A stretch of DNA of 63,202 nucleotides from Acidimicrobiales bacterium (GCA_046598715.1 JBKJIE010000130.1:1-63202); one strand, 5' to 3'. Positions 28,540 through 39,546 are shown, counted from the first letter of the stretch. The notes: generated by a model from the sequence alone, not told the origin. Numbers and translations: made by a program.

Positions 28540-29934
28540 ATGTCCGACGACGGGTTCCGGATCGAGCACGACACGATGGGTGAGGTCCGGGTTCCCGCTG
28601 CTGCTCGGTGGGGAGCCCAGACGCAGCGCGCCGTCGAGAACTTCCCCGTGTCGGGCATGGTGGTGGAGGCGTCGCTGATCCATGCACTCGGCGCGATCAA
28701 GGCGGCTGCGGCCGAGGTCAACGGCAACCTCGGCGTGATCGCGGCAGATGTCGCGGCGGCCATCAGCAGTGCGGCCACCGAGGTCGCCGACGGTGCTCAC
28801 GACGCTGAGTTCCCGATCGACGTGTTCCAGACCGGCTCCGGCACGTCCACCAACATGAACGCCAACGAGGTGATCGCGTCGCTCGCGGCGGCGGCGATCG
28901 GCCGGCCTGTGCACCCCAACGACGAGGTCAACGCGTCGCAATCGTCGAACGACGTGTTCCCGTCCGCGATCCACGTGGCCGCCGCGGTGTCGGTCCGACA
29001 CGGGCTGCTCCCGGCGCTCGACCACCTCGCCGCCGCCCTGGGGGCCAAGGCCACCGAGTACGCCACCGTGGTCAAGGCGGGTCGCACCCACTTGATGGAC
29101 GCCACGCCGGTGACCCTCGGTCAGGAGCTCGGCGGCTACGCCGCCCAGGTGAGCCAGGCCGGCGAGCGCATCCACGAGGCGGCGCGACGGGCGGGCGAGC
29201 TGCCGCTGGGCGGCACGGCCACGGGCACGGGTCTCAACGCCCCGGAAGGGTTCGCGCCCGCGGTGATCGGGCTTCTGGGTGAGCGGCTCGACGTGGAGCT
29301 GGTGGAGGCCCGCGACCACTTCGCCGCGCAGGGCGCGCGCGATGCGCTGGTGAGCCTCTCGGGCGAGCTGCGCGCCCTGGCCGCTGCGCTGCTCAAGATC
29401 GCCAACGACCTGCGCTGGATGGCGTCGGGTCCGAAGACAGGCCTGGCGGAGATCCGCCTGCCCGACCTGCAGCCGGGCTCGTCGATCATGCCCGGCAAGG
29501 TGAACCCGGTGATTCCCGAGGCCGTGAGCCAGGTGGTGGCCCAGGTGTACGGCAACGACGCCGCGGTGGCCTTCGCCGGCAGCCAGGGCAACTTCGAGCT
29601 CAACGTGTTCCTGCCGGTGATGGCCCGCAACCTGCTCGAGTCGATCCGTCTGCTCACCAACGTGACCCGCCTCTTCGCGGATCGTTGCATCGACGGCCTC
29701 GAAGCCGACGTCGAGCGCCTGCGCACCTATGCCGAGGCCACACCGCAGGCCGCCACCGCGCTCAACCCAGTGCTCGGCTACGAGCGGGTGGCCCAGCTCG
29801 TGAAGGAGTCGGCCAAGACGGGCAAGAGCATCCGCACGCTCGTGGTCGAGCAGGGACTGGTGCCTGAGTCAGAGGTCGATCAGGTCTTCGACCTGCTCAA
29901 GCTCACCCGAGGCGGCACCCCAGGACCGAGCTAG
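28540..29934 (+). CDS. fumC: Class II fumarate hydratase
   Basis: [47 protein letters not shown]. Confidence 0.95.
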   Translation: MSDDGFRIEHDTMGEVRVPAAARWGAQTQRAVENFPVSGMVVEASLIHALGAIKAAAAEVNGNLGVIAADVAAAISSAATEVADGAHDAEFPIDVFQTGSGTSTNMNANEVIASLAAAAIGRPVHPNDEVNASQSSNDVFPSAIHVAAAVSVRHGLLPALDHLAAALGAKATEYATVVKAGRTHLMDATPVTLGQELGGYAAQVSQAGERIHEAARRAGELPLGGTATGTGLNAPEGFAPAVIGLLGERLDVELVEARDHFAAQGARDALVSLSGELRALAAALLKIANDLRWMASGPKTGLAEIRLPDLQPGSSIMPGKVNPVIPEAVSQVVAQVYGNDAAVAFAGSQGNFELNVFLPVMARNLLESIRLLTNVTRLFADRCIDGLEADVERLRTYAEATPQAATALNPVLGYERVAQLVKESAKTGKSIRTLVVEQGLVPESEVDQVFDLLKLTRGGTPGPS

Positions 29935-29935
29935 C

Positions 29936-30033
29936 CCGAGGCAATAGGTCCCGTTTCACCCGTCTCGAGGTTATGAGTCCCACATGTGGGACTCATAACC
30001 TCGGCCTGGCCCGAGTGGGACTCATTGCCTCGG
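29936..30033. repeat. Nested inverted-repeat element: perfect 38-bp palindrome (29966-30003) inside outer 17-bp imperfect IRs
   Basis: CGAGGTTATGAGTCCCACA|TGTGGGACTCATAACCTCG; outer CCGAGGCAATAGGTCCC (29936) and GGGACTCATTGCCTCGG (30017-30033) match at 15/17. Confidence 0.9.
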
Positions 30034-30049
30034 ATGCCAGACTGCGGCG

Positions 30050-30547
30050 GTGAAGCTCACCGTGCACCACACGATCAACTGCTCGCCCGACGAGTTCTGG
30101 GCCCTGTACTTCGAGGCCGCGTTCACCGAGCGCCTGCACCTCGAGGGGCTCGGCTCGACCTCGGTCGAGGTGGTCGAGCAGTCCGGCGAGCCTCCGGCCA
30201 AGGTCACCCGCACGCTGCGCTATGGGCAGCAGCCCGACATGCCTGGTCCCGTGCGCAAGCTCTTCGGTGACGAGGTGGTCACCACTGAGAACGGCACGTT
30301 CGATCCGGCCACGGGCACGTGGACCTTCACCCTCGTGCCCGGCACGATGGCCGACAAGACCAACCTCGCCGGCGCGATGTCCCTGGTCGACAACGGCGAC
30401 GGCACGAGCGACCAGACATTCACCCTCGAGGCCAAGGTCAAGATCTTCGGCGTCGGCCCGGTGGTCGAGAAGTTCATCGAGAAGCAGGCCAAGGCCAGCC
30501 AGGCGCGGTCAGCCGAGTTCGTGAACGAGCACCTCGCGGGCGCCTGA
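30050..30547 (+). CDS. DUF2505-like (START/SRPBCC-related) protein
   Basis: HHTINCSPDEFWALY..F..L, VKIFGVGPVVEKFI pattern. Confidence 0.7.
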   Translation: MKLTVHHTINCSPDEFWALYFEAAFTERLHLEGLGSTSVEVVEQSGEPPAKVTRTLRYGQQPDMPGPVRKLFGDEVVTTENGTFDPATGTWTFTLVPGTMADKTNLAGAMSLVDNGDGTSDQTFTLEAKVKIFGVGPVVEKFIEKQAKASQARSAEFVNEHLAGA

Positions 30548-30564
30548 GGGCGCGTTGCGGGGGG

Positions 30565-31053
30565 TCAGCCCGCGGCGGCCGAGCCCGCGTAGGGCGACGG
30601 ATCGCTCTCCGCGGGGATCAGCGGGGCCGACCAGCTCATGTTCTTGGCCAGCGCGTTGGCCACAGCCCGCCACTCGAGCGGGTCCCACCCCTCGGCCACA
30701 GCCGCCACGTGCAGGTCGCCCCGGACCTGCAGGAACGCCGGGAGCTCGTTGAGCCCCAGGGCCTTGACCGCGGTGCGGTCGGGGTCGGCGAAGGTGAGCA
30801 CCTTGTCGGCCCACGGACCGAGGAACTGGCGAGCTTCGTCGGCGGTGCCGGTGACGAGGAAGGCCACGCGGCAGTCGGCGCCGGTGAAGTGGGTGAGCAC
30901 CCGACCCGCCGTCTCCAGCAGCCACGAGCTCTCGTTGGTGAACGGATCGAGCACGACAACAGCGAGCTGGAACGTCGTGAGCCATCCGGAGATGGGACGG
31001 GGTTCGCCGTTGATCGGAGCCAGCGTGAGATCGGCAGGGGGGTCGGTCGCCAC
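30565..31053 (-). CDS. Hypothetical protein, possible degenerate thioredoxin/peroxiredoxin-like fold
   Basis: DLTLAPINGE, FADPDRTAVKALGLNELPAFL resemble redoxin-fold segments; no CxxC; TACCGT -10 upstream of GTG. Confidence 0.6.
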   Translation of the reverse strand: MATDPPADLTLAPINGEPRPISGWLTTFQLAVVVLDPFTNESSWLLETAGRVLTHFTGADCRVAFLVTGTADEARQFLGPWADKVLTFADPDRTAVKALGLNELPAFLQVRGDLHVAAVAEGWDPLEWRAVANALAKNMSWSAPLIPAESDPSPYAGSAAAG

Positions 31054-31133
31054 GGGCGGAGACGGTAGCGCGGCAGGTTCAGCGCGAGCAGATCCCGGGC
31101 ACTTCGTCGCGCCGGCAGGGCTACCGTCGGTGC

Positions 31134-31958
31134 GTGCACCCGATCGAGCGGCTCCGCTACGTAGCCCGAGCATCGGGCGCCGACCAGGCCATGCTCGTGC
31201 GCGAGACGGCGCAGGCGCTGGCCGCGTTCCGCGACGACCCTGCCGGGCTCGTGGCCGCCTGCCGCCGCATCGTCGACCGCCACCCCACCTCGGGCCCCCT
31301 GTGGTGGCTGAGTGCACGCGTGCTGACCGCACCTGATGGCCAGCGCGAGGCTTGGCAGGCCGTGGACGACATCGACAGCGACAGCACCCCGGCCGAGCTC
31401 GGGTTCGCGCTCCCGGAGGATGCCACGGCCTGTGTGATCGGGTGGCCTGAGCTCGTGGGCGAGGCCCTGCCGAGGCGCGGCGACGTGGAGGTCCTCGCGG
31501 TCGACGCGCTGGGCGAGGGCAGCGGCCTGGTGCGGCGCCTCATGCATGCCGGGATCGACGCGGTCGACGTCCCCACCTCGGGGCTCGGTGCCGCGGTGGC
31601 GTCCTCGGACGTGCTCATCCTCGAAGCCGTGGCGCTCGGACCCACGGGGTTCGTCGGCGTGAGCGGCTCGCTGGCTGCGGCCGCCGTGGCGCGACACGCT
31701 GAGGTGCCCGTGTGGGTGGTCGCAGGCGTGGGTCGGCTGCTGCCGGCTCGGATGTGGGACGCACTCGCAGGCCGCCAGGCCACCCACGCGGCCGATCCGT
31801 GGGACCTCGACGAAGAGGTCGTGCCGCTCACACTGGTCGATCAGGTGTGCGGGCCGGTCGGCCTCGAGTCACCAGAGCTCGCGCTGCGTCGCACGGATTG
31901 CCCGATCGCACCGGAGCTGTTCGACACCGGGAGTGCTCCGGGCACCTACAGGCGCTAG
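31134..31958 (+). CDS. Hypothetical protein, possibly eIF-2B/IF-2B-like fold
   Basis: RIVDRHPTSGPL, GEGSGLVRRL, SGSLAAAAVA..VPVWVV, EVVPLTLVD resemble the IF-2B family; TACCGT -10 6 nt before GTG. Confidence 0.6.
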   Translation: MHPIERLRYVARASGADQAMLVRETAQALAAFRDDPAGLVAACRRIVDRHPTSGPLWWLSARVLTAPDGQREAWQAVDDIDSDSTPAELGFALPEDATACVIGWPELVGEALPRRGDVEVLAVDALGEGSGLVRRLMHAGIDAVDVPTSGLGAAVASSDVLILEAVALGPTGFVGVSGSLAAAAVARHAEVPVWVVAGVGRLLPARMWDALAGRQATHAADPWDLDEEVVPLTLVDQVCGPVGLESPELALRRTDCPIAPELFDTGSAPGTYRR

Positions 31959-31969
31959 ACCGTCAGCCC

Positions 31970-32428
31970 ATGTCCCGCCGCGATCAGATCCGCATGTCCG
32001 ACGCCGAGATCGAGGAGTTCCTCGCCGGCCGTCACACGATGAACGTGGCGTCGTTCAACCACGATGGCACGATCCACCTCGTGGCCATGTGGTACGCCGT
32101 GCTCGACGGCGACGCCGTGTTCTGGACCTTCGGCAAGAGCCAGAAGATCCTCAACCTGCAGCGCGATCGGCGCATCACGCTCCTCGTGGAGTCAGGCGAC
32201 GAGTACAGCGAGCTGATCGGGGTGGAGATCGTCGGCCAGGCCACGGTGCTCACCGACCACGACGACATCATGGAGATCGGCGAGGCGGTGTACGCCCGCT
32301 ACTTCGGCGAGGTCACCGACGAGGTGCGTCCCTTCGTGGAGCTCACGGGCGCCAAGCGCTTCGGTGTGCGAGTCAAGGCCGACCGAGTCGTGAGCTGGGA
32401 TCACAAGAAGCTCGATGGCGCGTACTGA
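31970..32428 (+). CDS. Pyridoxamine 5'-phosphate oxidase-like (PPOX/F420-binding) protein
   Basis: MSRRDQIRMS..FL, DGTIHLVAMWY, KSQKILNLQRD, VSWDHKKL. Confidence 0.85.
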   Translation: MSRRDQIRMSDAEIEEFLAGRHTMNVASFNHDGTIHLVAMWYAVLDGDAVFWTFGKSQKILNLQRDRRITLLVESGDEYSELIGVEIVGQATVLTDHDDIMEIGEAVYARYFGEVTDEVRPFVELTGAKRFGVRVKADRVVSWDHKKLDGAY

Positions 32429-32450
32429 CACGACGCGCATTGGGGGGTCC

Positions 32451-33131
32451 CTACTCGAGGTGTGAGCGCAGGAAGCCGATCGTCTGCCGCCACGCCGCGA
32501 GCGACTCGGTCGCGTCGTAGACCTCAGGCCGAGTGTCGTTGAAGAAGGCATGATCGACGCCGGGGTGGATGACGATCTCCACCTCCTTGCCGAGGTCGTG
32601 CAGCGTGTCGGCCAGCTCGTGGGCGGCGGCGGGCGTGAAGAACCCGTCGTTCTCGGCGTAGTGCCCGAGCACCGGCGCGTCGAGGTGCTCCCATTGGGGT
32701 TGCGCGTCGGGCCACGGGATGAGCCCGTACCACGGCACGCACGCCTTGATCCTGTCGGGGCGCTGGGTGGCGGCGACTAGCGCGAGCCCACCGCCCATGC
32801 AGAAGCCGGTGATGCCGACGCGGTCGCTGTCGCTTCGGCGGGCCACCTCGTCGATGGCGCCCGACAGGTCCTTGCCGGCCTGGGCCATGTTGAGGGCCAT
32901 CATCAGCTTGCCGGCCTCGTCGGGCTCAGTGGTGGTCTGGCCGTGGTAGAGGTCGGGGGCGAGCGCGAGGAACCCCTCGGCGGCGAACCGCTCGCAGAGG
33001 TCGGTGATGTGCGGGACAAGGCCCCACCACTCCTGGATCACGACGAGCGGGATCGCGTTGCCGGTGTCGGGCTTGGCGAGGTAGCCGCTCGCCGTGCCGC
33101 CGTTGGAGGGGAACTCGATGATCTCTCCCAT
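32451..33131 (-). CDS. Dienelactone hydrolase family protein
   Basis: QEWWGL, GFCMGG nucleophile, HAFFNDTRP. Confidence 0.92.
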   Translation of the reverse strand: MGEIIEFPSNGGTASGYLAKPDTGNAIPLVVIQEWWGLVPHITDLCERFAAEGFLALAPDLYHGQTTTEPDEAGKLMMALNMAQAGKDLSGAIDEVARRSDSDRVGITGFCMGGGLALVAATQRPDRIKACVPWYGLIPWPDAQPQWEHLDAPVLGHYAENDGFFTPAAAHELADTLHDLGKEVEIVIHPGVDHAFFNDTRPEVYDATESLAAWRQTIGFLRSHLE

Positions 33132-33155
33132 GCCGCGTGACCCTAGTGAGCGAGA

Positions 33156-34043
33156 TCAGCCCTCGGCGGCGAGCGCGGTGATCGCCTCGTGGATGGCGAG
33201 GACGCGACGCGCCTCCTCCACGTGGAGGTTCTCGATCATGCGGCCGTCGACGGTGACGACACCGCGACCGTCGGCCTCGGCTTCGGTGAAGGCAGCGATG
33301 ATCCGACCGGCCCTCTCCACCTCGTCGTCGGCCGGGGCGAAGGCCGCGTTGCAGGGATCGACCTGGCTCGGGTGGATCAGCGTCTTGCCGTCGAAGCCCA
33401 TCTCACGGCCCTGCCGGCACTCGGCCGCGAAGCCAGCCTCGTCCTTGATGTCGTTGTAGACGCCGTCGAGGATCACCTTGCCGGCAGCGCGGGCGGCGAG
33501 CAGGCACAGGCCGAGCCCACTCAGCAGGGGAGCCCGCCCCGGAACGTGGGTGGCGTGGAGCTCCTTGGCGAGGTCGTTCGTGCCCATCACGAGCACGGCC
33601 AGGCGCTCGGACGACGAGCAGATCTCCTCGGCGTGGAGCATGGCGATCGGCGTCTCGAGCATGGCCCAGATCATCGTGTGATCGGGGGCACCGCCGGCTT
33701 CGAGGGCCTTGGCGATCTGGTGCACCTCGGCAGCGGAGTTGATCTTCGGCACGACCACCGCGGCGGGGCCGGCCGCGGCGATGGCGCGCAGGTCGTCATC
33801 GTGCCAGGGCGTGCCGATTCCGTTGGCCCGGATCGCGATCTCGCGGCCGCCGTACAGACCGGATGCTGCGGCCGCGCAAACGCGGTCGCGCGCCCCGGGC
33901 TTGGCGTCGGGAGCGACGGCGTCCTCGAGGTCGAGGATCAGCGCGTCGGCTGGGATCGTCTGCGCCTTCTCGAGCGCCCGCTCATTGGCCCCGGGCATGT
34001 AGAGGACGGAGCGGCGAGGTCGAAGCAGAACCGAGTCGGCCAT
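33156..34043 (-). CDS. CitE/HpcH-family CoA ester lyase, probable (3S)-malyl-CoA thioesterase (Mcl2-like)
   Basis: RPRRSVLYMPG..RALEKA, ILDLEDAV, MGTNDL, GFDGKTLIHPSQ. Confidence 0.8.
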   Translation of the reverse strand: MADSVLLRPRRSVLYMPGANERALEKAQTIPADALILDLEDAVAPDAKPGARDRVCAAAASGLYGGREIAIRANGIGTPWHDDDLRAIAAAGPAAVVVPKINSAAEVHQIAKALEAGGAPDHTMIWAMLETPIAMLHAEEICSSSERLAVLVMGTNDLAKELHATHVPGRAPLLSGLGLCLLAARAAGKVILDGVYNDIKDEAGFAAECRQGREMGFDGKTLIHPSQVDPCNAAFAPADDEVERAGRIIAAFTEAEADGRGVVTVDGRMIENLHVEEARRVLAIHEAITALAAEG

Positions 34044-35101
34044 CAGAGGTCCGCCGCCGCGTAGGCCTTGGCCAGCTCAGGATCCCGAGCGGCAAGGCGC
34101 TCGGCCAGCTCCAACATCACGAGGCACTGCTTCACCGAGGCGTCGTCCTCCATCTTCCCGTTGAGCATCACCGCGCCGGTGCCATCGCCCATCGCGGCCA
34201 CCACCTCGCGCGCATGGCGCACGTCGGCAGGGTCGGGCGAGAACACACGCTTGGCGATCTCGATCTGCACCGGGTGCAGGCTCCACGCCCCGACGCAGCC
34301 GAGCAGGAACGCGTTGCGAAACTGGTCCTCGCAGGCGACCGTGTCCTTGATGTCGCCGAACGGGCCGTAGTAGGCGAAGATCCCGTTCGAAGCGCACGCG
34401 TCGACCATGCGGGCCACGGTGTAGTGCCAGAGGTCCTGCTGGTAGGTGGCTCGCGGGGCGTCGATGTCGCCGCCGGGCGGATCTTCCCGAACGAGGTAGC
34501 CGGGATGGCCACCACCGACGCGGGTGGTCTTCATGCGGCGGTTGGCGGCCAGGTCGGCCGGGCCCAGCGAGAGCCCCTGCATGCGGGGCGAGGCGGCGCA
34601 GATCTCCTCGACGTTGGCCACGCCGCGGGCGGTCTCCAGGATGGCGTGCACGAGGATCGGGCGATCGAGGCCCGCCTTGGCCTCGAGCTGCGCCAACAGC
34701 CGGTCGACGTAGTGGATGTCCTCGGGGCCCTCCACCTTCGGGATCATGATCACGTCGAGCTTGTCGCCGATCTCGGTGACTGCGGCGGTGAGATCATCGA
34801 GGCACCACGGCGAGTCGAGGGAGTTGACGCGGGTCCACAGCTGGGTCTCGCTCGGCGTCCACGCCTTGCCCACCTCGATGAGCCCGGCGCGAGCGGCCTC
34901 CTTGTCTGTGGACGGCACGCCGTCCTCGAGGTTGGCGAGCAGCACGTCGACCGTCGGCGCGATGTCGGGCACCTTCGCCACCATCTTGGCGTTCGACGGC
35001 GGGAAGAAGTGGATGACGCGCGATGGGCGAGACGGGATCTCGCGCACCGGGTCAGGGGCACCCACGGCGAGTGGGCGGAAGAAGTCCTTGGCGGAGCGCA
35101 T
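34043..35101 (-). CDS. mcl: Malyl-CoA/beta-methylmalyl-CoA lyase (Chloroflexus Mcl-like)
   Basis: [60 protein letters not shown] closely match my recollection of Chloroflexus Mcl. Confidence 0.8.
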   Translation of the reverse strand: MRSAKDFFRPLAVGAPDPVREIPSRPSRVIHFFPPSNAKMVAKVPDIAPTVDVLLANLEDGVPSTDKEAARAGLIEVGKAWTPSETQLWTRVNSLDSPWCLDDLTAAVTEIGDKLDVIMIPKVEGPEDIHYVDRLLAQLEAKAGLDRPILVHAILETARGVANVEEICAASPRMQGLSLGPADLAANRRMKTTRVGGGHPGYLVREDPPGGDIDAPRATYQQDLWHYTVARMVDACASNGIFAYYGPFGDIKDTVACEDQFRNAFLLGCVGAWSLHPVQIEIAKRVFSPDPADVRHAREVVAAMGDGTGAVMLNGKMEDDASVKQCLVMLELAERLAARDPELAKAYAAADL

Positions 35102-36708
35102 CAGGCGTTGATCCCTTCGACCATGCGGCGGGCGATGACCTTGAGACAGAGGATCTCGTCGGCGCCCTCGAAGATCGAGAGCACGCGGGCGTCGACGTAG
35201 TAGCGGCTCACGTCGTACTCCTCCGCGAAGCCCATGCCACCGTGGATCTGCATCGCCTCGCGGGTGACCCACTCGGCGGCCTTGCACACATAGGCCTTCA
35301 CCATGGCCGCTTCGAGCGTGCCCTCGCCCTTGGCCATGAGCCGGGCCACCGCGTACGACGACTGGCGGGCGGCCTGGATCGTGACGGCCATGCGGGCCAG
35401 CTTCACCTTGGTGAGCTGCAGATCGGACAGCGGTGCTCCGAACACGATGCGGTCATCGGCGTACTGGCGGGCGGCCTCGTAGGCGGCCTGCATCACGCCG
35501 ACGGCGCGGGCTGCGGTCTGGAGGCGACCGTTCTCGAAGCCGGCCATCTGGAGGTAGAAGCCCTTGCCGAGCCCGTCGGTACCGCCGACCAGGTTCTCGT
35601 CGGCCACGAACCAGCCCTCGAAGGAGATCTCGTAGGAGTGCATGCCGCGGTAGCCGATCGTGTCGATCGGCCGACCCTCCATGCGTCCGCCGCCCGGTGC
35701 GCCGCCGTCGGCGCCGGCTGCTTGGTCGAGCACGAAGCCGTGGCCCTCCCCGCGAGCCTTTGGAATGACGAACATCGACAGGCCGCGGTGCGTCTTGCTG
35801 CGGTCGGGGTCGGTGCGGGCGAGCAGCATGAGCACGTCGGCACGGGCGCCGAAGGTGCACCACGTCTTCACGCCGTTGATGACCCACCCGCCGTCGACCT
35901 TCGTGGCGGTGGTCTTGATGCCGGCCACGTCGGAGCCGAAGTCGGGCTCGGTGACGGCGACTGCGTTCATGATCTCGGCCGTGGCCAGCCGCGGGAGGAT
36001 GCGCTGCTTCTGCTCCTCGGTGCCGCCCTTCACGAGGGCGCGGGTGAGGATCTCCGGACGCGTGATCAGCGACCCGCCTGCGCCGAGCGAGCCCCGGGAG
36101 AGCTCCTCGGTGGCGACGACCATCCCGATGTACTCCGACTCGCCGCCGCTGCCGTAGCCGCCGTACTCCTCGGGGATCGACAAGCCGAAGGCGCCCATCT
36201 CGCCGAGCCCGCTGATGATGTCCTCGGGGATGTCGCCGTTCTCACGATGGATGTGCTCGGCGATCGGCTTCAGCTTCTCGTCGGCGAAGCGTCGGAAGGT
36301 GTCCTGCACCAGCTCGAAGTCGTCATCGAGGTGGCGGGGACCGTCCTGACCGGCGAGCTCGGCGAGGAAGTCGGCGTCGCGGTACGTGGCGCAGAAGGGG
36401 CGGGCCCCGTCGAGGGCGCCGGGGTCCACGCCCCATGCGTCCTCTCGCCCATAGAGGCGAGCCGCGAGCTCGCCGACCGCGTCGGCCACGAAGGCGCAGG
36501 TGATGGCGGCCTCGACGTCGCCAAGGGAGCCGTAGTCGAGCATGGCGGATGCTGTCTCGACGGCGGCCCCGGCGTGGGCCAGGTCGTAGCCGAGCACCTG
36601 GTTGACGTCTGGGCCACCGGCCCCGGCGAGGGTGCGTGTGCCAGCGCGCACCACGCTCCGGGCCAGCTCCACGACGTCAGCAGCGGCAGTCAGATCGGGG
36701 GTCGACAT
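35101..36708 (-). CDS. mcd: Acyl-CoA dehydrogenase with N-terminal extension, probable (2S)-methylsuccinyl-CoA dehydrogenase
   Basis: [50 protein letters not shown]; 535 aa; operonic with mcl. Confidence 0.75.
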   Translation of the reverse strand: MSTPDLTAAADVVELARSVVRAGTRTLAGAGGPDVNQVLGYDLAHAGAAVETASAMLDYGSLGDVEAAITCAFVADAVGELAARLYGREDAWGVDPGALDGARPFCATYRDADFLAELAGQDGPRHLDDDFELVQDTFRRFADEKLKPIAEHIHRENGDIPEDIISGLGEMGAFGLSIPEEYGGYGSGGESEYIGMVVATEELSRGSLGAGGSLITRPEILTRALVKGGTEEQKQRILPRLATAEIMNAVAVTEPDFGSDVAGIKTTATKVDGGWVINGVKTWCTFGARADVLMLLARTDPDRSKTHRGLSMFVIPKARGEGHGFVLDQAAGADGGAPGGGRMEGRPIDTIGYRGMHSYEISFEGWFVADENLVGGTDGLGKGFYLQMAGFENGRLQTAARAVGVMQAAYEAARQYADDRIVFGAPLSDLQLTKVKLARMAVTIQAARQSSYAVARLMAKGEGTLEAAMVKAYVCKAAEWVTREAMQIHGGMGFAEEYDVSRYYVDARVLSIFEGADEILCLKVIARRMVEGINA

Positions 36709-36830
36709 GTTCGGGAGGTTAGTGATGGCCCCGTTCCCGTACGGAATCGCTGACCACGAGCGGCGCCTGGGCTCGCCGCATCCTTCACATACCGGTCAAG
36801 TCGGTTACAACAGCGTGCCGATCCACTCTC

Positions 36831-39500
36831 ATGGGACTGGTCCCGGGACAGCGACGAGGAGCAGGCGTCACGGTGCGGACGCGGCTCCTCGCCGCCGTCC
36901 TGCTGCCTCTGCTGCTCGTGACGACCTTCGTGGGGCTCATCGTGGCCGACCGGCAGGGCACGGTCCGGGCCACCGCCGCCCTGCGCGAACGAACGGAGGT
37001 GCTGGCCGATCTGGCCATGCTGCGGACGCGGGTGTTCGAGGAGCGACGGCAGTTCGAGACGGTCACCCGGTCTGCTGCCTTTGGTGTCGATCCGGCCACC
37101 GTGAGCAACCTGATCGGGATGGAGGTGGAGGCTGATCCGACGGCGGCCCGCACCGCCACTGATGCGGTCATCGCTCGCATCGACCTGGGTCATCGACCCT
37201 TCGCCGCAGGCACGCTCGCCGCCCTGCGAGCTGACATCGACACCTCCGCCGTCAACACCGACGAGGCGAGCGCCCGGTTCTCGGCGCTCGAGTCGAGCGT
37301 CGTCGCATCCCTCGACGGCGCCCTCGACGACATCGCCCGTCGCGCCGTGGGCATTGGCGACGTCACGCTCGAGCAGGCCGTTCGGACGATGAACGACTCG
37401 GTGCAGGTGGCCGGCCTGCGGGGTCGGCAGATCCAGGCGCTGGTGGGCCTCTGGTTTGCCGGCGGCGGTTCGCACGTGCCAGCCCTCGCCGAGTTGGCCA
37501 GGGCCACGGAGCTGTACGAGCGGACGGCCCACAAGCTCGACGCCACACCGGTGAGGTCCGTCGCCGACGCGTGGTCGAGCGCCGATGCCGCTGGGGCGGC
37601 GTTCAGCGGTGCGATCGCAGACGAGCTCGCCGGGACCCCGAGTGCTGGCCTCGACGTGGCTGACCTCACGTCGATCGGGCGAGTGCTGGGCGATGGGCTG
37701 CGTCACTACGAGGCGATCGCGTCGCTCCCAGAGCTCGCCTCGGTGCCCGTCTCTGCCTCGGCGGCCGCCCGCGGTGCCCGCGCCACGGCGGACGCCGAGC
37801 GGGCGGTGGCCGCCGCCGCGACGTCGATACTCATCGCCGTTGGTGCCGCGCAGTGGTTCGGACGCTCAATCACACGACCGCTGCGCAACCTAACCGAGCA
37901 GGTCAGAGCTGTCAGCGACGGTGATCTGGCCCTCGCCCCGTTGCCCCTGCGCGGACCGCCCGAGCTGCGCGTCGCCTCTGCTGCGTTCAACGAGGTGGCC
38001 GCCAACCTCATGCTGATCGAGCAGAAGGCCCTGGCCCTCTCGGCGTGCGACTTCACGAGCCCGGCCGTGACGACCGATCTGCCCGGTCGCCTTGGAGAGG
38101 CGCTGAGCACCTCCCTGCAGGTCCTGTCGAGGTCGATCATCGAGCGACACCAGCTGCAGTCCCGACTGCTCCACCAGGCCACCCACGATTCGCTGACCGG
38201 TCTGGCCAACCGCCGAGCGGTGATCGAGACCCTCGGCGCTGCAGTGGAGCGCTCGCGGCGATCGGGGAGCCTGCTCGCCGTCACGTTCATCGACCTCGAC
38301 GACTTCAAGGCCACCAACGACTCCAGCGGGCACGCCATCGGTGACCTGCTCCTCCAGGCCGTGGCGGACCGGATGCGCGGCGCGGCACGGCGAGGTGACG
38401 TCGTTGCCCGCCTCGGCGGTGATGAGTTCGTCATCGTGGCCGAGCACGTGGGTGGCCCGGATGAGGTGATGGCACTGGTCAGGCGCGTGCTCGACGCCGT
38501 CGCCGCTCCTATCGAGATCGATGGCCGGGACTACACGATCAGGGCTTCCGCTGGCGTGGCGCTGAACCATGACCTGACCGATGACCCCCTCTCTCTTCTC
38601 GCCAAGGCGGATCTGGCCGTCTACCGCTCGAAGCGGCGCTCGCCATCGGCCATCGAGCTCTACGACGAGCAGCTCCAGCGGGTGGTCAGGAACCACGCAG
38701 AGGTGGAGGCCGCGCTCGCGGCAACTCTGGCCGTCGGTGGTGATGAGCTCCAGCTCCACTACCAGCCGATCGTGGACGCCAGCACGGGAGCGGTCGTATC
38801 GCTCGAGGCGCTCGTTCGGTGGGATCGGCCCGACGAAGGGCTGATGCAGCCCGATCAGTTCATCCCGATCGCCGAGGTGTCTGACCTCATCGTGCGGCTC
38901 GACTGCTGGGTGCTGCAGGCTGCCACGCGGCAGCTGGCGGCATGGTCAGATCACCCGCTCCTGAGCCGGACCACGATGGCGGTGAACATCTCCGGCCGGC
39001 ACATCACCGATGTCGGCTTCGTCGACAACGTCGTCGCGGCGCTCGCTGCGACCGGCATCGCTCCGCACCGCCTGGTGCTCGAGGTGACGGAGACCGCGCT
39101 CGTGAGAGATCTCTCGCGCGCCGCGGCCCAGATCGAGGCCGTCCGCGCCCTCGGTGTTGCGGTAGCCGCAGACGACTTCGGAACGGGACACACCGGCCTG
39201 GCCCACGTCCGGACGCTGACGGTGGACGAGATCAAGATCGATCGCAGCTTCACGAGCGAGCTGCCGGTGGTGACCGAGCTCGTGCAGATCGTGATCGACC
39301 TGGCCCGTCACCTCGGCGTGCGAACGGTGGCCGAGGGCGTGGAGACACAGCAGCAGGCCGACGCGCTTCGCGCACTGGGCTGCAACCTCCTACAGGGCTA
39401 TCTCTTCAGCCCGGCGCTGCCACCCGGGGAGCTCCTGCTCTGGATGCACGAGCACCACCGTGCCCTGACGGTCTGGTCGCCGGCGTCGGTTGTCTCGTAG
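36831..39500 (+). CDS. Membrane sensor HAMP-GGDEF-EAL diguanylate cyclase/phosphodiesterase
   Basis: Two TMs, HAMP (ITRPLRNL), HDSLTGLANR, RRGD..RLGGDEF, EALVRW, DDFGTG, AEGVE, QGYLF. Confidence 0.92.
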   Translation: MGLVPGQRRGAGVTVRTRLLAAVLLPLLLVTTFVGLIVADRQGTVRATAALRERTEVLADLAMLRTRVFEERRQFETVTRSAAFGVDPATVSNLIGMEVEADPTAARTATDAVIARIDLGHRPFAAGTLAALRADIDTSAVNTDEASARFSALESSVVASLDGALDDIARRAVGIGDVTLEQAVRTMNDSVQVAGLRGRQIQALVGLWFAGGGSHVPALAELARATELYERTAHKLDATPVRSVADAWSSADAAGAAFSGAIADELAGTPSAGLDVADLTSIGRVLGDGLRHYEAIASLPELASVPVSASAAARGARATADAERAVAAAATSILIAVGAAQWFGRSITRPLRNLTEQVRAVSDGDLALAPLPLRGPPELRVASAAFNEVAANLMLIEQKALALSACDFTSPAVTTDLPGRLGEALSTSLQVLSRSIIERHQLQSRLLHQATHDSLTGLANRRAVIETLGAAVERSRRSGSLLAVTFIDLDDFKATNDSSGHAIGDLLLQAVADRMRGAARRGDVVARLGGDEFVIVAEHVGGPDEVMALVRRVLDAVAAPIEIDGRDYTIRASAGVALNHDLTDDPLSLLAKADLAVYRSKRRSPSAIELYDEQLQRVVRNHAEVEAALAATLAVGGDELQLHYQPIVDASTGAVVSLEALVRWDRPDEGLMQPDQFIPIAEVSDLIVRLDCWVLQAATRQLAAWSDHPLLSRTTMAVNISGRHITDVGFVDNVVAALAATGIAPHRLVLEVTETALVRDLSRAAAQIEAVRALGVAVAADDFGTGHTGLAHVRTLTVDEIKIDRSFTSELPVVTELVQIVIDLARHLGVRTVAEGVETQQQADALRALGCNLLQGYLFSPALPPGELLLWMHEHHRALTVWSPASVVS

Positions 39501-39546
39501 CGTCAGGGGGGTTCCACGGCTGCCCACGCAGGAGACGCCCCGCTCC

